Below, one piece after another: positions 1 to 12,610 of a stretch of 64,000 nt of DNA. Under the pieces are notes generated by a model. It saw only the letters and a list, made by a program, of their open reading frames with translations. It ran no database searches and was not told where the DNA came from. The stretch lies in NCBI GenBank assembly GCA_002269645.1, contig NIVC01000969.1, positions 114,621-178,620 of the forward strand, in the 5' to 3' direction. Made by a program: the position numbers and the translations under genes. The DNA is from Macrostomum lignano (lineage: Eukaryota). Position 1 is the first letter of the stretch. Each line of letters opens with the position of its first letter.

Positions 1-298
1 ATATAGCAAGCAGTAATATTATATCCATATTGAATAAAGTGGAGCGCATGCTTCTGTATTTACAGGGTAATTATATCAAACTATATTTTTCCAGCTGGTT
101 AAGTCAGACAACAGACAGACAGGTTTAGTTAACACAATGACTGTATTGGGGAGGCAGCCGTATTTTTATAGCAAAATAAACACTCTTGCCAAGCTGCTAA
201 GCAATGCAGCTGTAGAGAAATGCGCGTGCATGATTAGCTTATATTAAATTATATAAGTGAGTTCAGGTGCTCATATTGCACTAGCAATAAAGGGAATG

Positions 299-1060
299 TC
301 AGAGAGCCTTAAGCGACACGTAGCTCTGCAGCTGGTTGGGCAGCGGCAGCTTATTAACCTTGTGCTTCATAGAGTCAGTGTGCCCCAGAGCCCGTTGGAT
401 CTCGTTGCGGCACAGCCGTTTCAAAGAGCGCACGTTGCACTCCTCCCTGTGCAGCCAGTCGGAGAAGTCCTGATCAGCGTAGATGATCTTGTCCGGTATG
501 ATCTGGTTCTCCAACAGCCAGCGGGTGAAGGCCTGCAGGTTGAGCGGGTCGCAGCCGTGCGACAGCAGCAGCTTGACCATGGGGATGTCCAGCTTGGGGA
601 ACTTCACGGCCATGTGCAACGGCGCCAAGCCGTCCTTGTCGCAGCGGTTCACCTGGGCGCCGTGCTTGATGAGCTTGTCGGCGATGGCCAGGTGGCCGTG
701 CAGCACGGCGATGTACAGAGGAGTTTTGCCGTTGCGGTCGGCGGCGTTCACGTCGGAGCCGTGGCGCAGCAGCAGGTCGACAATGTCGGTGCGGCCGTGA
801 TAGGTGGCCACGTACAGCGGGGTCTTCTTGTGCGTGTCCGGCTGGTCAACGTCAGCCTCGGAGCGGAGCAGAGCCTGCACAATCTCCAGGTGGCCAAAGT
901 AGGCAGCGATGTACATTGGCGATTTCAGCTCCTTGTTGGGCAGGTGAACATCGGCGCCCTTGGAGAGGAAATAATTGACAAGCTCGACATGGCCGCGGCT
1001 GGTTGCCAGGTACAGCGGCGACCGGCCGTACGAGTCCGTGCTATTGATTGACGCGTTGCC
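299..1060 (-). CDS. ASB-like protein, exon 3 (ankyrin repeats plus C-terminal SOCS box)
   Basis: Acceptor cctgtag|GGCAAC in frame with ORF 299-916; SPLY/TPLY ankyrin repeats; SOCS box RSLKRLCRNEI...LPLPNQLQSYV then stop. Joined model about 528 aa. Confidence 0.9.
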   Translation of the reverse strand, partial: GNASINSTDSYGRSPLYLATSRGHVELVNYFLSKGADVHLPNKELKSPMYIAAYFGHLEIVQALLRSEADVDQPDTHKKTPLYVATYHGRTDIVDLLLRHGSDVNAADRNGKTPLYIAVLHGHLAIADKLIKHGAQVNRCDKDGLAPLHMAVKFPKLDIPMVKLLLSHGCDPLNLQAFTRWLLENQIIPDKIIYADQDFSDWLHREECNVRSLKRLCRNEIQRALGHTDSMKHKVNKLPLPNQLQSYVSLKAL

Positions 1061-1587
1061 CTACAGGTAGGCGGCAGGTAAGTATGCTCAAACTTTCATT
1101 AGGATTCCCTTAAAGACGAAGTGGCAATGCGCCTGGCCCAAGGACTACTTTAGTAAAGGGAAGGGAAACTACGGTTCTTGGAACATTATCAGGCAGGCTT
1201 TACCGAAGAAAAAATACATTACGGAGATTGGATTTCATTTGGTCAGCACAAATATTTTTATTGCTTTTGATACGAGTAAGAAGCAGACACAATGTTCATT
1301 TTCGATTCTGGGGCGACGCAAGCGACTCTGGGACGCTTCTTCATCGGGACGCTTCTTCATCGTCTTCATCGGGTAATGGTTAGCACTGGCCATCTATAGA
1401 TTGCGAATAGGGAGTGTCTATAAATATAAACAAATCAATTCCTTGGCTGACACAGAGGGAGTCAAATTTTACCGCTAGGTAGCTAATAGCTACAAAGCCA
1501 GGCTCCACTGGATCGATGCAGTCAAACTGGCGCACCTCATAAGGCTGGAAAATCAATGTAATCCAATCTATAATACTTCTCTCTCAC

Positions 1588-2100
1588 CTGTCCTAATAGG
1601 AGCTGAGTCATTGACAGGCAGCCAGTGTAGGCAGCGTGGTGCAGAGCAGTCATGCCCTGCTTGTCAGTCTTGCTGGCTGAGCTGCCGGCGGCCAGAAGCA
1701 GGGCTGCCAAGCCCACTCCGCTGGCGCCCAGCTCGGCGGCAATCATGAGCGGCGTCATGCCGATCTGGTCGGTGTCCTCCAGCCGCAGCGACTCCGACTT
1801 CAGCAGGGCGCCAACTACCGCCTCGCGTCGGTCCTTCACCGCTGAGGTGAGCGCCGTGTCGCCGCTCTCGCTTTTCAGGTTGACATTGACGCTGGGGAAC
1901 TGAACCATCTCGGCGGCGATCTGGGCGCTGGCCCGGTGCAGCGGGGCCAGGCCGTCGGTGTCCAGCAGGTTGGGATTGCAGTCGTTTTGCAGCAGGGCTC
2001 GGCAGGTGGCGCGGTACTTCTCAGAGGTCTGCGTGGCTATGAGGTGCAGCCCCGTTTGCAAGTGCTGGTTGCGCATGTTCACGTCCGCGTTGGACTTCAC
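1588..2100 (-). CDS. ASB-like protein, exon 2 (ankyrin repeats)
   Basis: Acceptor ccgtccag|GTGAAG; repeats TGLHLIA, APLHRA, TALTSAV, TPLMIAA, TALHHAA; phase-0 donor CAG|GTGAGA; 513 nt. Confidence 0.85.
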
Positions 2101-2149
2101 CTGGACGGATGGGGGTTGGGTGCTCAATAATCCTGTTGGTGGGGACTAA

Positions 2150-5100
2150 AGATCTGGGAGGGTGGGGACTCGATCTGGGATCTGAGAGGGGGTGGAGACA
2201 ATCTAGGGATTTGGGAGGGTTGTAGACTCAATCTAGGGATCTGGGAGGGTGGGGATTCAATGTAGGGATCTAAGAGGGTTGGATACTTAATCTAGGGATC
2301 TGGGAGGGTTGGGGACTCAATCTAAGGATCCGGGAGGTTTGGAGACTTAATCCAGGGATCTGGGAGGGTGAGGATTCAATGTAGGGACCTAAGAGGGTAG
2401 GAGACTAATATAAAGATCTGGGAGGGTTGGGGACTCAATCTAGGGATTTAGGAGGGTTGTAGACTCAATCTAGGGATCTGGGAGGGTGGGGATTCAATGT
2501 AGGGATCTAAGAGGGTTGGATACTTAATCAAGGGATCTGGGAGGGTTGTAGACTCAATCTAGGGGTCTGGGAGGGTGGGGATTCAATGTAGGGATCTAAG
2601 AGGGTTGGATACTTAGTCTAGAGATCTGGGAGGGTTGGGGACTCAATCTAGGGATCTGGGAGGGTTGGGGACTCAATCTAAGGATCCGGGAGGTTTGGAG
2701 ACTTAATCTAGGGATCTGGGAGGGTGAGGATTCAATGTAGGGACCTAAGAGGGTAGGAGACTAATATAAAGATCTGGGAGGGTTGGGGACTCAATCTAGG
2801 GATTTGGGAGGGTTGTAGACTCAATCTAGGGATCTGGGAGGGTGGGGATTCAATGTAGGGATCTAAGAAGGGTGGAGACAATCTAGGGATCTGGGAGGGA
2901 GGGACTCGATCTAGGGATCTAGGAGGGTGGGGATTCGATGTAGGGATCTAAGAGAGTTGGATACTTAATCTAGGGATCTGGGAGGGTTGTAGACTCAATC
3001 TAGGGATCTGGGAGGGTGGGGATTCAATGTAGGGATCTAAGAGGGTTGGATACTCAATCTAGAGATCTAGGAGGGTTGGGGACTCAATCTAGGGATCTGG
3101 GAGGGTTGGGGACTCAATCTAAGGATCCGGGAGGTTTGGAGACTTAATCTAGGGATCTGGGAGGGTGAGGATTCAATGTAGGGACCTAAGAGGGTAGGAG
3201 ACTAATATAAAGATCTGGGAGGGTTGGGGACTCAATCTAGGGATTTGGGAGGGTTGGGGACTCAATCTAGGGATCTGGGACGGTGGGGACTCAATCCAAG
3301 GATCTGGGAGGGTTGAGGACTCAATCTAGGGATCTGGGAAGGTGGGGATTCGATGTAGGGATCTAGGAGGGTTGGAGACTTAATCCAGGGATCTGGGAGG
3401 GTGAGGATTCAATGTAGGGATCTAAGAGGGTTGGATACTTAATCTAGGGATCTGGGAGGGTTGGGGACTCAATCTAAGGATCCGGGAGGTTTGGAGACTT
3501 AATCTAGGGATCTGGGAGGGTGAGGATTCAATGTAGGGACCTAAGAGGGTAGGATACTCAATCTAGGGATCCGGGAGGTTTGAGGACTCAATCTAGGGAT
3601 CCGGGAGGGTTGAGGACTCAATCTAGGGATCTGGGACGGTGGGGACTCAATCCAAGGATCTGGGAGGGTTGAGGACTCAATCTAAGGATCTGGGAGGGCT
3701 GGGGACTCAATTTAGGGATCCGGGAGGGTTGAGGACTCAATCTAAGGATCTGGGAGGGCTGGGGACTCAATTTAGGGATCCGGGAGGGTTGGGGACTCAA
3801 TCTAGGGATCCGGGAGGGTTGAGGACTCAATCTAGGGATCCGGGAGGCTTGAGGACTCAATCTAGGGATCCGGGAGGTTTGAGGACTCAATCTAGGGATC
3901 CGGGAGGGTTGAGGACTCAATCTAGGGATCTGGGACGGTGGGGACTCAATCCAAGGATCTGGGAGGGTTGAGGACTCAATCTAGGGATCCGGGAGGGTTG
4001 AGGACTCAATCTAGGGATCCGGGAGGGTTGAGGACTCAATCTAGGGATCCGGGAGGTTTGAGGACTCAATCTAGGGATCTGGGAGGGTTGGGGACTCAAT
4101 CTAGGGATCCGGGAGGGTTGAGGACTCAATCTAGGGATCCGGGAGGGTTGAGGACTCAATCTAGGGATCCGGGAGGTTTGAGGACTCAATCTAGGGATCC
4201 GGGAGGGTTGAGGACTCAATCTAGGGATCTGGGACGGTGGGGACTCAATCTAGGGATCTGGGACGGTGGGGACTCAATCTAAGGATCCGGGAGGGTTGAG
4301 GACTCAATCTAGGGATTTGGGAGGGTTGAGGACTCAATCTAGGGATCCGGGAGGGTTGGGGACTCAATCTAGGGATCCGGGAGGGTTGGGGACTCAATCT
4401 AGGGATCTGGGACGGTGGGGACTCAATCTAGGGATCTGGGAGGGTTGAGGACTCAATCTAGGGATTTGGGAGGGTTGAGGACTCAATCTAGGGATCCGGG
4501 AGGGTTGGGGACTCAATCTAGGGATCTGGGAGGGTTGAGGACTCAATCTAGGGATCTGGGACGGTGGGGACTCAATCTAAGGATCTGGGAGGGCTGGGGA
4601 CTCAATCTAGGGATCTGGGAGGGTTGAGGACTCAATCTAGGGATTTGGGAGGGTTGAGGACTCAATCTAGGGATCCGGGAGGGTTGGGGACTCAATCTAG
4701 GGATCTGGGACGGTGGGGACTCAATCTACGGATCTGGGAGGGCTGGGGACTCAATCTAGGGATCTGGGAGGGTTGAGGACTCAATCTAGGGATCCGGGAG
4801 GGTTGAGGACTCAATCTAGGGATCTGGGAGGGTTGAGGACTCAATCTAGGGATCCGGGAGGGTTGAGGACTCAATCTAGGGATCCGGGAGGGTTGAGGAC
4901 TCAATCTAGGGATCTGGGAAGGTGGGGACTCAATCCAAGGATCTGGGAGGGTTGGGGACTCAATCTAGGGATCCGGGAGGTTTGAGGACTCAATCTAGGG
5001 ATCCGGGAGGGTTGAGGACTCAATCTAGGGATCTGGGACGGTGGAGACTCAATCCAAGGATCTGGGAGGGTTGAGGACTCAATCTAGGGATTTGGGAGGG

Positions 5101-5775
5101 TTGGGGACTCAATCTAGGGATCTGGGACGGTGGGGACTCAATCCAAGGATCTGGGAGGGTTGAGGACTCAATCTAGGGATCTGGGAAGGTGGGGATTCGA
5201 TGTAGGGATCTAGGAGGGTTGGAGACTTAATCCAGGGATCTGGGAGGGTGAGGATTCAATGTAGGGATCTAAGAGGGTTGGATACTTAATCTAGGGATCT
5301 GGGAGGGTTGGGGACTCAATCTAAGGATCCGGGAGGTTTGGAGACTTAATCTAGGGATCTGGGAGGGTGAGGATTCAATGTAGGGACCTAAGAGGGTAGG
5401 ATACTTAATATAAAGATCTGGGAGGGTTGGGGACTCAATCTAGGGATCTGGGAGGGTGGGGACTCAATCCAAGGATCTGGGAGGGTTGAGGACTCAATCT
5501 AGGGATCCGGGAGGGTTGAGGACTCAATCTAGGGATCTGGGAAGGTGGGGACTCAATCCAAGGATCTGGGAGGGTTGGGGACTCAATCTAAGGATCTGGG
5601 AGGGCTGGGGACTCAATTTAGGGATCCGGGAGGGTTGAGGACTCAATCTAGGGATCTGGGACGGTGGGGACTCAATCCAAGGATCTGGGAGGGTTGAGGA
5701 CTCAATCTAGGGATCCGGGAGGGTTGAGGACTCAATCTAGGGATCCGGGAGGGTTGGGGATTCGATGTAGGGAGG
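2150..5775. repeat. 30-bp G-rich minisatellite (about 120 units) filling ASB intron 1
   Basis: Consensus gggatctgggagggttggggactcaatcta. Confidence 0.97.
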
Positions 5776-5871
5776 GTAGAAAAATTGAGAGCCTGGAAGG
5801 TTAACCAGAGAAGAAGTGCAGTATCGAACATGCTTCTGTGGCTGGCATAGTTAATCTAACAAACAACTGAC

Positions 5872-6183
5872 CAGCAGTTCGATAATTTCAGTCCGTCCAT
5901 AAGTTGCAGCCTGCAGCAGCGGGTAGGTTGGCGCATCGTACACGTGTATGTTGGCGCCAGCCTTCAACAACAGCTTGACCATCTGCACGTGGCCGAGTTC
6001 GACGGCCAAATTAAGGGGACAGACGCCGTCAATAACCATGCTGGGATCCACATCGTTGGGATAAGAGAACAGATAAGTCAGGGTTTCAACATTGTTAGAG
6101 CGGATGGCGCCGCGCAGCAACCAGGGTATTTGCTGCTTGGAGATCTGCGGCTTGTGGCGGTGCTTAGAGTAGCGCTGGCCCAT
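5872..6183 (-). CDS. Ankyrin repeat and SOCS box protein (ASB-like), exon 1
   Basis: ATG at 6183 (MGQRYSK...), ankyrin motifs PLNLAVELGHVQMVKLLLKAGAN and PLLQAATYGRTEIIELL; phase-0 donor CTG|GTCAGT at 5871. Confidence 0.8.
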
Positions 6184-7130
6184 CTGCCTGGCAACAGCCG
6201 CATGTGCAGCAGAATGCAATTTCGAGTAGCAGACATTTGCAACAAGTTTTCGGCTTTTATAAGCTGATTAAATCATATATATTGGATTCATATATTTTAT
6301 GAGGATATTTATAGATAGAAAAATGCCTGACCCACTACAAAACACCAGCTTTGTCAACTAGAGTTCAGCTTAATTGGCTATTTTATCACTGCAACTACCT
6401 TGAAAAGTAACACTAAGACTATTTTAACTGCATACTAACCATGACCAATCATTTTAAACTCAGCATTGGTAATGAACAAAAATGGAATAGGCTATCAAAC
6501 TCATTATATAGAATATTCTTAGAAGATATTTACCCATATAAAATACTAGACAAGACCACTAGTATAACAGGATAGAAAACTCAAATACTATATAATTTTT
6601 GGAGACCAATTTTCTAGAAAAAATCTTTTTTATCACAAAGTCAACAATTGAATTTGAGCTAAGACAGTGAAGATAATCATTCTTTTAATTTAGCATTGGA
6701 TAACATGCTATTCTGTTGTAGTTTAGAGTTGTGCATTTAAGTTGTATTTTAAAGATATTAATTTTTAAGCTAAACATAAGCCTAGATTTTTATTACAAAT
6801 ATAACTGATTCAAGAAGAAACAAAACAAGTTTAGCCTATGCCACTTATGAGTATTAATATAACTATTAAACAAGTATTCTAAGCCTGTTTTATGTTTAAC
6901 ATAAAAAGTATATTTTAAAATTTGTAACTTATTATAGAAGAAACAAGATAATATATAGCTAATAAAAAGAAATATCATAATGAAAATGTTATAATTATAT
7001 TATCCAAAGTAATTATCAATAAGAAGCCATATTTGAATTTGGATATCATTATTTTCTAATAATTTAAAACATTTTAAATGATTAGTCACATAATCATATT
7101 ATCTCAAACTATGCAATACAAGTCTAGCTG

Positions 7131-7805
7131 TATAGCCATGGTCGGGAAGGTGGCACAGTGTGCGCTGGAACTATTTTGATGGCTTTTGAGCACTGTGCGC
7201 CGTGCACCATGAAGAAAAGATTTTGTGCACCATGAAGAAAAGATTTTGTGCGCTGCAGTGTGCCATGATAAGGTAAGTCTAAGGTAAGGTAAGGTAAGGT
7301 ATTTATTCTACTGTAAGGAATTTATAATAGACAAATTTGAATTTCATTTACGTATTTTTATATTGTGATTTACGTAATTTACGTAATTTTATTTTACGAA
7401 TTATGGAATTAAGCCTGATACTATATATTTTGCAAAGTATAACGAAGTGTAACTATATATTTTTTCAGCACCATGCGCCATGTGCCAGGCGCCGCGGAAC
7501 AAGTTTCTGCCAGGGGGGCAGGACCAAGTTTCCAAAACTCAAGCCCAGACCCTGACTTGGACAATGACCAAAAATTTGAGCAAAATTATGCTGTTGAACA
7601 GTATTTGAGGGGGGCCCCCCCCCAACTCAATGTCAGGGGGGCAGCTGCCCCCCCTGCCCCCCCTGTTCCGCGGCGCCTGCCATGTGCTCCGCCAAAGCAT
7701 TTCCAATTTTTCCTTGTACGCCGTGTGCGCCATGTGTGCCAAAAAAGGGCCAATTTGTGCCAGTAAATTCACCAAAAACTGCCACCTTCCCAGCTATGGC
7801 CATAT
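7131..7805. mobile_element. Non-autonomous TIR DNA element hosting the hAT MITE
   Basis: Imperfect inverted ends: 7129-7155 vs reverse complement of 7780-7806 match 22 of 27, all mismatches transitions; no ORF of note. Confidence 0.6.
7486..7679. mobile_element. hAT-type MITE (194 bp)
   Basis: Perfect 16-bp TIR CAGGCGCCGCGGAACA / TGTTCCGCGGCGCCTG and perfect 8-bp TSD CCATGTGC (7478-7485 and 7680-7687). Confidence 0.9.
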
Positions 7806-8994
7806 AGTAGGTTTTAATATAATAGATGTTTTTACTAGTAAAGATAGGGGCCTTAGCTTTAATTGATCATAATACATTAAAATCGTATAAAAAATTCAAA
7901 TTTCTAAAAAAGAATCTAGCATTTATTTGTATCATTAATAAAATTATTATAAAAATAAGAATATTATAAAAATAAAAATAATTTATGGTATAAATATATT
8001 TGACAATTTTTATTATTATAGTAGGCTAGGCCTATCCATTTAAATATTAGAATGGCTAATTTTATTGTCTACACTTAAGACAAATATGCTTATGCTATCT
8101 GGGCTTAAGATTATAACTTAATGTAAACATATAAGTAGTGAATGTGAAAAACTTATTTCTATAATCATTATACATAAGAAGCAAATTATAGTTATTTTAT
8201 GGTCATAGGTGCCAGTGGGGGAAATTTCATTTATATAAATATATTTAAAATTATATTAAGTAGGCTAGCTAAAGTCAATGAAAAGAACCACTAGAACATA
8301 CCATTGCAATAATACATTTCTATATATTTTTTTAATTTAATAGCCTCTTTATTATTTGAACTGCAAGTTTGTTATTTAGATGTTAATTTAGATAGTAAAT
8401 TTAGATTCTATTTGTTTTATGTGTTGACCATTAAAATAACTGTATTTATATGGTCACTAGGCCTATAGCAAGAACAACTGCCTATAATTAAAATATAATA
8501 TAACTATATAATATAGACTGAGTAATTGATACACATGTTTAAGCAGGGATAACATTTTACTATTAGTTTTATTATACAAAGTTATTTAAAAATCTTTCTT
8601 TAAGTAATTGACTTTTAAACTAAAGTACATTACCCATTACCGAATCCACTCATATGCTAAAATATTCGACTACACTGTAGCACAGAAGTGGAACTGAAGC
8701 CTTAAGAAAGCTTCTATTATATCGAATCAATTATTTAAGCCAATTTCAGCTAATATTATTGTAATTTAAAAGTTATCAAAACGATAGACGCGTTGTAAGT
8801 TATAACAAATTTGACTATATTTTTATGTATAATGCAGGATAATATTTCTTAAACGTCATGAAAATCTAATTTTGTATGTTTTAACTAAAATAAACTTCTT
8901 TAAACAACTAATGTATTTGCTTACAGTGGATACCGCGCGCAAATTGTAGATTTCCATTTCTCAGCATTTTTTCATCGTCACTGCAAAGATCACC

Positions 8995-9120
8995 ATGTCG
9001 GCCACGACTGCGGGCTACAAGATGTCTGAAAAGCAATATGCTAGCGGCAACTTCACAAGTGATGAAGTTCCGCATGAGATTCATGTGAAAATGAGCAAGA
9101 AAATTGCTCAGCTTACCAAG
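8995..9120 (+). CDS. FAM184A: FAM184-family coiled-coil protein, exon 1
   Basis: HVKMSKKIAQLTK is the conserved FAM184 N-terminal motif; donor AAG|GTAAGG. Confidence 0.9.
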
Positions 9121-10381
9121 GTAAGGCAAGGGCTAGCTTTGAAAAATAACATTAGCTCAAACATTGCGCTACTGTTAAAAATTCGTTTGCAGGTCTGCGT
9201 CACTACAGTTCAATTCTGATTGCAAGCCCATTTTCTGCTTTGAACCTTTCTAAACGCTAATAAGTATTGAACGGGTGTACAATCTAAAGCAACACGCGAA
9301 TACTTAAGTTGTAGTCTTGTAGACTGTGCAATGCAGAATTATGTAGACACTACCATGAAGTATAAGATATGTGAACATAAACATTGCAACTCTATTTTAT
9401 AACAGCAATTCAGCTCGTAAATCGCTTCGCTTTACCAGAAATTTTAAATATTTCTTCCATTTTTACTTTTTGTTGCAAAACTTGATACAGAAAATATTGT
9501 TCATCTTCTATATAATTTATTAAACATTGAATAGATTCAAAATATTCAATACGCAATTTTTTTTGCTACTTTTAATCACAATTTAAAAAATTTATGCTGT
9601 TATTCTTATTTACCCAGCAGGGAATTTCAGCCCAAATCATCATAGATCAAGGCAAGATGCGATTTTTATTTAGCTCGTATCTTATCACAGAAGTAAAAAG
9701 TTCAAAGCTGAAATCCTTCCTACAGTGTGCTTTTCATGATAATCAAATGTTTTCAAACGTCACAGAGTTCTCATCTAAAATTGCTTCTTGGCCTTGGCCT
9801 CTATTCTCACTAATCAATCGCACGTTGAGCATACATTTTCACTAATAAAACCGTTAGTATAATTCATATAATTAATAAGGGCAATAACCGAAGGTTGATA
9901 ATACATAATTTTTAAATTCCTGATCGAAGTATATGTAGTGAGACAGCACCGCAATCAAGTAAATAGTTATTTGAAGCTGGAAGAAACAGCTAACAAGCGT
10001 ATGACAAAAATGAACATAGTTTTAAAATATTATATTTAATTTCTTATAAAATTATTTTTTACTTCTTCATTTCTTTGAAACTATTGTTAATTTCGTTGAT
10101 TATTGTTATATTGTTATATTGTTATATATTATTATTGTTATTGATCATTGATTATATAATTTCTTGATTATTTTCAAGTCAAACATCATTGCTCAATGTT
10201 TTCTTTCTCCTCAATCAGCAGAAGCCAATTTCGAATATCCTCACTGCGCATAAAAAATCAGCTGTAACAAATTATAAATCACCATGAATAAATAATGGCA
10301 TGCAAAACAACCAACTCTGGCACAAAGCATTGCTGTGCATTGCTGACTCGGGCACCCGATTGCCTCATTCAACTTCACCAG

Positions 10382-10672
10382 GTGATCTACGCACTCAATA
10401 CGAAGAACGATGAGCACGAAGCTCTGGTGGACGCCCTCAAAAAACAGCACGCGGCCGAGCTGGAGAAAGTCCTGGCCAGCAGCCGGGAGAAGCTGGCCCG
10501 TTGCCAGAGCCTCATCGGTCAGGACAGCGAGTACAGGCGGCGCATCGGCCAACTGGAGGGCTCGCTGGCCGAGGCGCAAGAGCGGCAGGCGGCCAGTCAG
10601 CGCGAATTCGCCGACTTCAAAGTTCGAGCTGAGAGCCGCGAAAGAGAGCTGGCGCAGCAGCAGGCGCAAAAG
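10382..10672 (+). CDS. FAM184A: FAM184-family protein, exon 2
   Basis: VIYALNTKNDEHE continues the FAM184 motif KIAQLTKVIYALNTKNDEHE; caccag acceptor, AAG|GTTGGC donor, phase 0/0. Confidence 0.9.
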
Positions 10673-10912
10673 GTTGGCTGGCCTGACTGAATGCCTGGCT
10701 TGAAATGCTTGTGAAGCCAGTTGGTTATGGATGTTGAGTTTCCCAAATCCTAGCTAAGGAATCAGGACTTATACAGCTGAGTATCTCGAAAAAAATCAGG
10801 ATGAAATCCGTTCATCCCATTTCATGATGGTGGGTGTTGAAAATCGCGAAAATCAATGACGGAATTTAAGCTCCAGAACAACCATCGAACTCAGATGTCT
10901 CTGGTGAGCACA

Positions 10913-12610
10913 CAATCCTGACACCACAAATCTGACACCATAATCCTGACACCACAAATCTGACACCATAATCCTGACACCACAAATCTGACACAATAAT
11001 CCTGACACCACAAATCTGACACCATAATCCTGACACCACAAACCTGACACCATAATCCTGACGCCATAAATCTGACACCATAATCCTGACGCCATAAATC
11101 TGACACCATAATCCTGACACCACAAACCTGACACCATAATCCTGACACCACAAATCTGACACAATAATCCTGACACCACAAACCTGACACCACAAACCTG
11201 ACGCCATAAATCTGACACCATAATCCTGACACCATAAATCTGACACCATAATCCTGACACCACAAACCTGACACCATAATCCTGACGCCATAAATCTGAC
11301 ACCATAATCTTGACACCACAAATCTGACACCATAATCCTGACACCACAAATCTGACACCATAATCCTGACACCACAAACCTGACACCATAATCCTGACGC
11401 CATAAATCTGACACCATAATCCTGACACTACAAATCTGACACCATAATCCTGACACCACAAATCTGACACCATAATCCTGACACCACAAATCTGACACCA
11501 TAATCCTGACACCACAAATCTGACACCATAATCCTGACACTACAAATCTGACACCATAATCCTGACACCACAAATCTGACACCATAATCCTGACACCACA
11601 AATCTGACACCATAATCCTGACACCACAAATCTGACACCATAATCCTGACACCACAAACCTGACACCATAATCCTGACGCCATAAATCTGACACCATAAT
11701 CCTGACACCACAAATCTGACACCATAATCCTGACACCACAAATCTGACACCATAATCCTGACACCACAAACCTGACACCATAATCCTGACGCCATAAATC
11801 TGACACCATAATCCTGACGCCATAAATCTGACACCATAATCCTGACACCACAAATCTGACACCATAATCCTGACACCACAAATCTGACAAAAAAATCCTG
11901 ACACCACAAACCTGACACCATAATCCTGACGCCATAAATCTGACAAAACAATCCTGACACCACAAATCTGACACCATAATCCTGACACCACAAATCTGAC
12001 ACCATAATCCTGACAACACAAACCTGACATCATAAACCTGAAACCAGAAATCTGACAACCGAAAAATCTGACACCATAAACCTGACACAAGAAATCTGAC
12101 ACCACAAACCTGACATCACAAACCTGACACCACAAACCTGACACCACAAACCTGACACCACAAACCTGACACCACAAACCTGACACCACAAACTTGATGC
12201 CACAAACCTGACACCACAAATCTGATGCCACAAACCTGACACCACAAACCTGACACCACAATCCTGACACCACAATCCTGACACCACAAACCTGACACCA
12301 CAAACCTGACACCACATACCTGACACCACAATCCTGACACCACAAATCTGGTACCACAATCCTGACACCACAAACCTGACACCACAAACCTGACACCACA
12401 AACTTGATGCCACAAACCTGACACCACAAATCTGATGCCACAAACCTGACACCACAAACCTGACACCACAAACCTGACACCACAAACCTGACACCAAAAA
12501 CTTGATGCCACAAACCTGACACCACAAACCTGACACCACAATCCTGACACCACAAACCTGACACCACAATCCTGACACCACAAACCTGACGCCACAAACC
12601 TGATGCCACC
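10913..12610. repeat. 14/28-bp minisatellite in FAM184 intron 2
   Basis: cctgacaccacaaa + tctgacaccataat dimer on the left, 14-mer monomers on the right. Confidence 0.97.

Noticed and set aside
257-1051. Antisense or alternate-frame ORFs over GC-rich exons (also 12795-13298, 14607-15293, 50393-51157, 60069-60795)
   Set aside because: Shadows of the real coding strand caused by high GC3.
3618-5831. Repetitive ORFs (SPQPSRIPRL / RTQSRDPGGL)
   Set aside because: By-products of a 30-bp unit inside a spliced intron; no independent start or splice support.
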